DNA from: a bacterium
GTDB lineage: Bacteria; Patescibacteriota; Dojkabacteria; JAKAPS01; JAJZLI01
DNA length: 64,000 nt
NCBI GenBank assembly: GCA_021785355.1
Contig: JAJYFR010000001.1
Location: 135,096 to 199,095 of the forward strand
Direction of reading: 5' to 3'
How positions within the stretch are numbered: position 1 is the first letter of the stretch; each line of letters opens with the position of its first letter. This document shows, piece by piece, positions 61,890-64,000 of the stretch. The position numbers were made by a program, and so were the translations under genes. The notes under the pieces are model-generated. The model made no database searches, had not been told where the DNA came from, and saw only the letters and a program-made list of their open reading frames with translations.

Positions 61890-62943
61890 GTAATTCTCTG
61901 AATGTGTCTAATGTTAATTTCGCTGTCTTTTTCCAAGAATATTTACGTGCTTCTATAAAACCTAATTCTCTCAAATCATTAGATCTTCTAATGGCCTCTA
62001 TTACACCAGTAGCTATATCCATAATATTATTAGGGTCAACAAGTATTGATGCTTTTTCTCCTATCTCTTTTAGTGCAGAATTATCTGAAGTAACTGTAGG
62101 TATTCCCATTGCAAATGCTTCTAGTAATGGTATCCCAAAACCCTCTTCTTTAGAGGTGTAAACGAACACATTATTTTTGAGGTATTCTTCTTTTAGAATG
62201 TCATTTGATACGTATCCTGATATGTTTACGTTTTCTTTACACTTAAAATCTATGATTGTTTTTATTAAATTGTCATAATCATCCCCTTTTTTACCTATTA
62301 TGTTTAATTTTACTTCACCAAATTCTTCTTTTATAATTGGAAGTATTTTAACTATTTGAGTAAAATTTTTTCTAGTAGTTATTGTTCCTACTGAAAGTAT
62401 ATTTATGACATTTTTTTCTTCTTTTCGTTTTGATTTTCTAAAAACTTTTTTATTATAACTTTCGTAAATAACTTTTATTTTTTTCTCATTCACTCCTTTA
62501 TAATTATTTAGAATTTCTTTTTTTGTGTAATTTGATACAGCAATAATTTTGTCAGTTGCAATAACAGCTCTTTTCATAAAAAATTTTGTAGTTTTTACTC
62601 TTTCACTCATATATTTAAAAAATAGATCATGAACTGTTATAACTTGTTTTATTGTTTTATTCTTTATAAGAGGTAGGCTTGGAGTTGGTGAGAAAACCAA
62701 ATCAATATTATCTTTCATTAACTCTTTATACAAAGAAGTATGTATCCAAGCTTTTTTATTTTTTAAATATTTAATTTTTACATTTTTGAATTTTTTCTTA
62801 TAAGGGTGATTTGTATATAAGTAGAATTTGAATTCATCTGTCTTATCAAACTCTTCTATCATATTTATAGTATAATTTTCAATTCCTGTAAATTTTTTAT
62901 TTAATATATCTTTTGCAATTATTCCTATTTTATATTTACTCAT
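61867..62943 (-). CDS. Glycosyltransferase family 4 (GT-B)
   Basis: TVHDL, IAVSNYTK, EGFGIPLLEAFAMG.P. Confidence 0.95.
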   Translation of the reverse strand: MSKYKIGIIAKDILNKKFTGIENYTINMIEEFDKTDEFKFYLYTNHPYKKKFKNVKIKYLKNKKAWIHTSLYKELMKDNIDLVFSPTPSLPLIKNKTIKQVITVHDLFFKYMSERVKTTKFFMKRAVIATDKIIAVSNYTKKEILNNYKGVNEKKIKVIYESYNKKVFRKSKRKEEKNVINILSVGTITTRKNFTQIVKILPIIKEEFGEVKLNIIGKKGDDYDNLIKTIIDFKCKENVNISGYVSNDILKEEYLKNNVFVYTSKEEGFGIPLLEAFAMGIPTVTSDNSALKEIGEKASILVDPNNIMDIATGVIEAIRRSNDLRELGFIEARKYSWKKTAKLTLDTFRELLNEKTSS

Positions 62944-62981
62944 AGTAGTTTCATTGTTATAATGTTATTACTCTTTGATAT

Positions 62982-63053
62982 GGGGGTATAGCTCAATGGT
63001 AGAGCATCAGCCTCTTAAGCTGTTGGTTCTGGGTTCAAATCCCAGTGCCCTCA
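62982..63053 (+). tRNA. tRNA-Lys(CTT)
   Basis: Cloverleaf, anticodon loop CTCTTAA, GGTTCAAATCC. Confidence 0.95.
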
Positions 63054-63062
63054 TATTTTAAT

Positions 63063-63135
63063 AACACCTAGAGAGATTCGAACTCTCGGCCTTCTCGTTC
63101 GAAGCAAGATGCTCTATCCGCTGAGCTATAGGTGC
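63063..63135 (-). tRNA. tRNA-Arg(TCG)
   Basis: GCACCTATAGCTCAGCGGATAGAGC..TCTTG-CTTCGAA-CGAGA..GAGAGTTCGAATCTCTC-TAGGTGT. Confidence 0.95.
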
Positions 63136-63251
63136 TCTATCTCTCATTTTAGCAGTTATTATAGATATATATAAGGGGTTGAATAGGTTCAGAGAATTTT
63201 GCCACTAGGGTGTGGATAAGTGTATATAAAAAGTTGTAGTATTCTAATTAC

Positions 63252-63640
63252 TTAATTTAGATAAACTACCACTATGGAAAATAGTAACATAGATTTAGCA
63301 AAAACAGAAAGGATTAAATGTCCTATATTATATAGCGTAGTTCTCTTGTAAGTTGAAAATATATTATTGTCAGGATATATAATAGATACTATATGGAGAT
63401 TTGGTGATTGTATAAAAGATATTAAATGATTGTATATTCCTAGAATATCTAGATTGTTAGAACCTTTCTTATAAGTATCCATATCATTAATAACCTTCAT
63501 AATTTCTTTGCTCTGTAGCTTTTTTCTCTTTTATAATAGAATTAAGGTCATCAATTAAATAATTTTGTCTTGATACTTCATAAGGAACTCTATAATCAAA
63601 AATCTCTAATGAATATTTTAAATATAATGGTAAAATGATT
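63252..63640 (-). pseudogene. Possible frameshifted gene remnant
   Basis: Frame IILPLYLKYSLEIFDYRVPYE...SIIKEKK could join ..LQSKEIMKVINDMD (tracked 82-aa ORF) by a 1-nt shift in an A run near 63520-63531. Confidence 0.3.
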
Positions 63641-63694
63641 CTATAAATTGATTAAGAATGCCAGTGTTTTCAATAAATGATCTCTTAAGATAAT

Positions 63695-63739
63695 TACTCC
63701 AGAATTAAGGTTGACTTTAACTTTGGAGTATGATAGTAT
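63695..63739 (+). promoter_or_regulatory. Promoter overlapped by a long inverted repeat (operator-like)
   Basis: TACTCCAGAATTAAGG-TTGA-CTTTAACTTTGGAGTA spans the -35 of TTGACT-17-TAGTAT. Confidence 0.6.
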
Positions 63740-63749
63740 TATTGTGATT

Positions 63750-64000
63750 ATGGATACAAAGGTAATAAAAAGAGATATTGTGGATGATATAATGCGTTAT
63801 ATCAATGATAGTAATATAATAGTCTTACATGGCGCAAGGCAAGTTGGAAAAACTTATATCCTTTATTATATAAAAGATTTACTTGATAAAGAAAGTAGAT
63901 CTACATATTATATTGATCTTGAAGATTCTAGATTTGTTGATCTTTTAAATCAAAGAGTGGAAGATTTTATATTATTCTTGCAAAATGAAGGATTTGAAAT
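63750..64000 (+). CDS. AAA_14/DUF4143-type ATPase, N-terminal fragment (runs off window)
   Basis: MDTKVIKRDI...IIVLHGARQVGKTY...YIDLED. Confidence 0.88.
   Translation, partial: MDTKVIKRDIVDDIMRYINDSNIIVLHGARQVGKTYILYYIKDLLDKESRSTYYIDLEDSRFVDLLNQRVEDFILFLQNEGFE

Noticed and set aside
45379-62161. Plus-strand ORFs at 45379, 46420, 46791, 53636, 58343, 58574, 58967, 60591 and 61886
   Set aside because: Antisense shadows of recG, pheS, thrS, dedA, tig and the GT4 gene
1-64000. Alternative genetic code (UGA=Gly as in Gracilibacteria/Absconditabacteria)
   Set aside because: Long conserved genes have no internal TGA, and TGA ends genes at ATGA overlaps (pilN/pilO, ruvC/ruvA, pilM/pilN)
1-64000. 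CRISPR array, transposase, prophage, reverse transcriptase/DGR
   Set aside because: No regularly spaced repeat-spacer array and no such protein motifs seen

Overview
Very AT-rich (roughly 25% GC by eye), gene-dense chromosomal segment of a small-genome bacterium. Gene content and order (T4P cluster, short trigger factor, short HolB, recG-rsmD-rpmF-nusB-rnc-rpsP, RNHCP protein) fit Patescibacteria/CPR, using genetic code 11. Core loci: ychF end, tmRNA, rpoBC-rpsL-rpsG-fusA, tRNA-Leu, efp, yebC-ruvCAB, a Xer recombinase, gyrBA, a full type IV pilus operon plus a second pilNO set, tyrS, PBP1A, pheST, infC-rpmI-rplT, thrS, clpP-tig, two DedA genes and three more tRNAs. No CRISPR array, transposase or prophage was seen. 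Best leads: (1) a perfect 11-6-11 palindrome resembling archaeal XerA dif sites, 1.1 kb upstream of a Xer gene, in a spacer that also has iteron-like repeats, a DnaA box and a possible structured RNA; (2) an RNA polymerase with substitutions in normally near-invariant elements (trigger loop, bridge helix); (3) resistance-type residues in RpoB, S12, GyrA and GyrB; (4) many apparently leaderless genes against a strong SD plus AUU start at infC; (5) a long tmRNA tag and an unannotated 37-aa membrane peptide coupling tyrS to recG. All calls come from motif recognition by eye; no searches were run.
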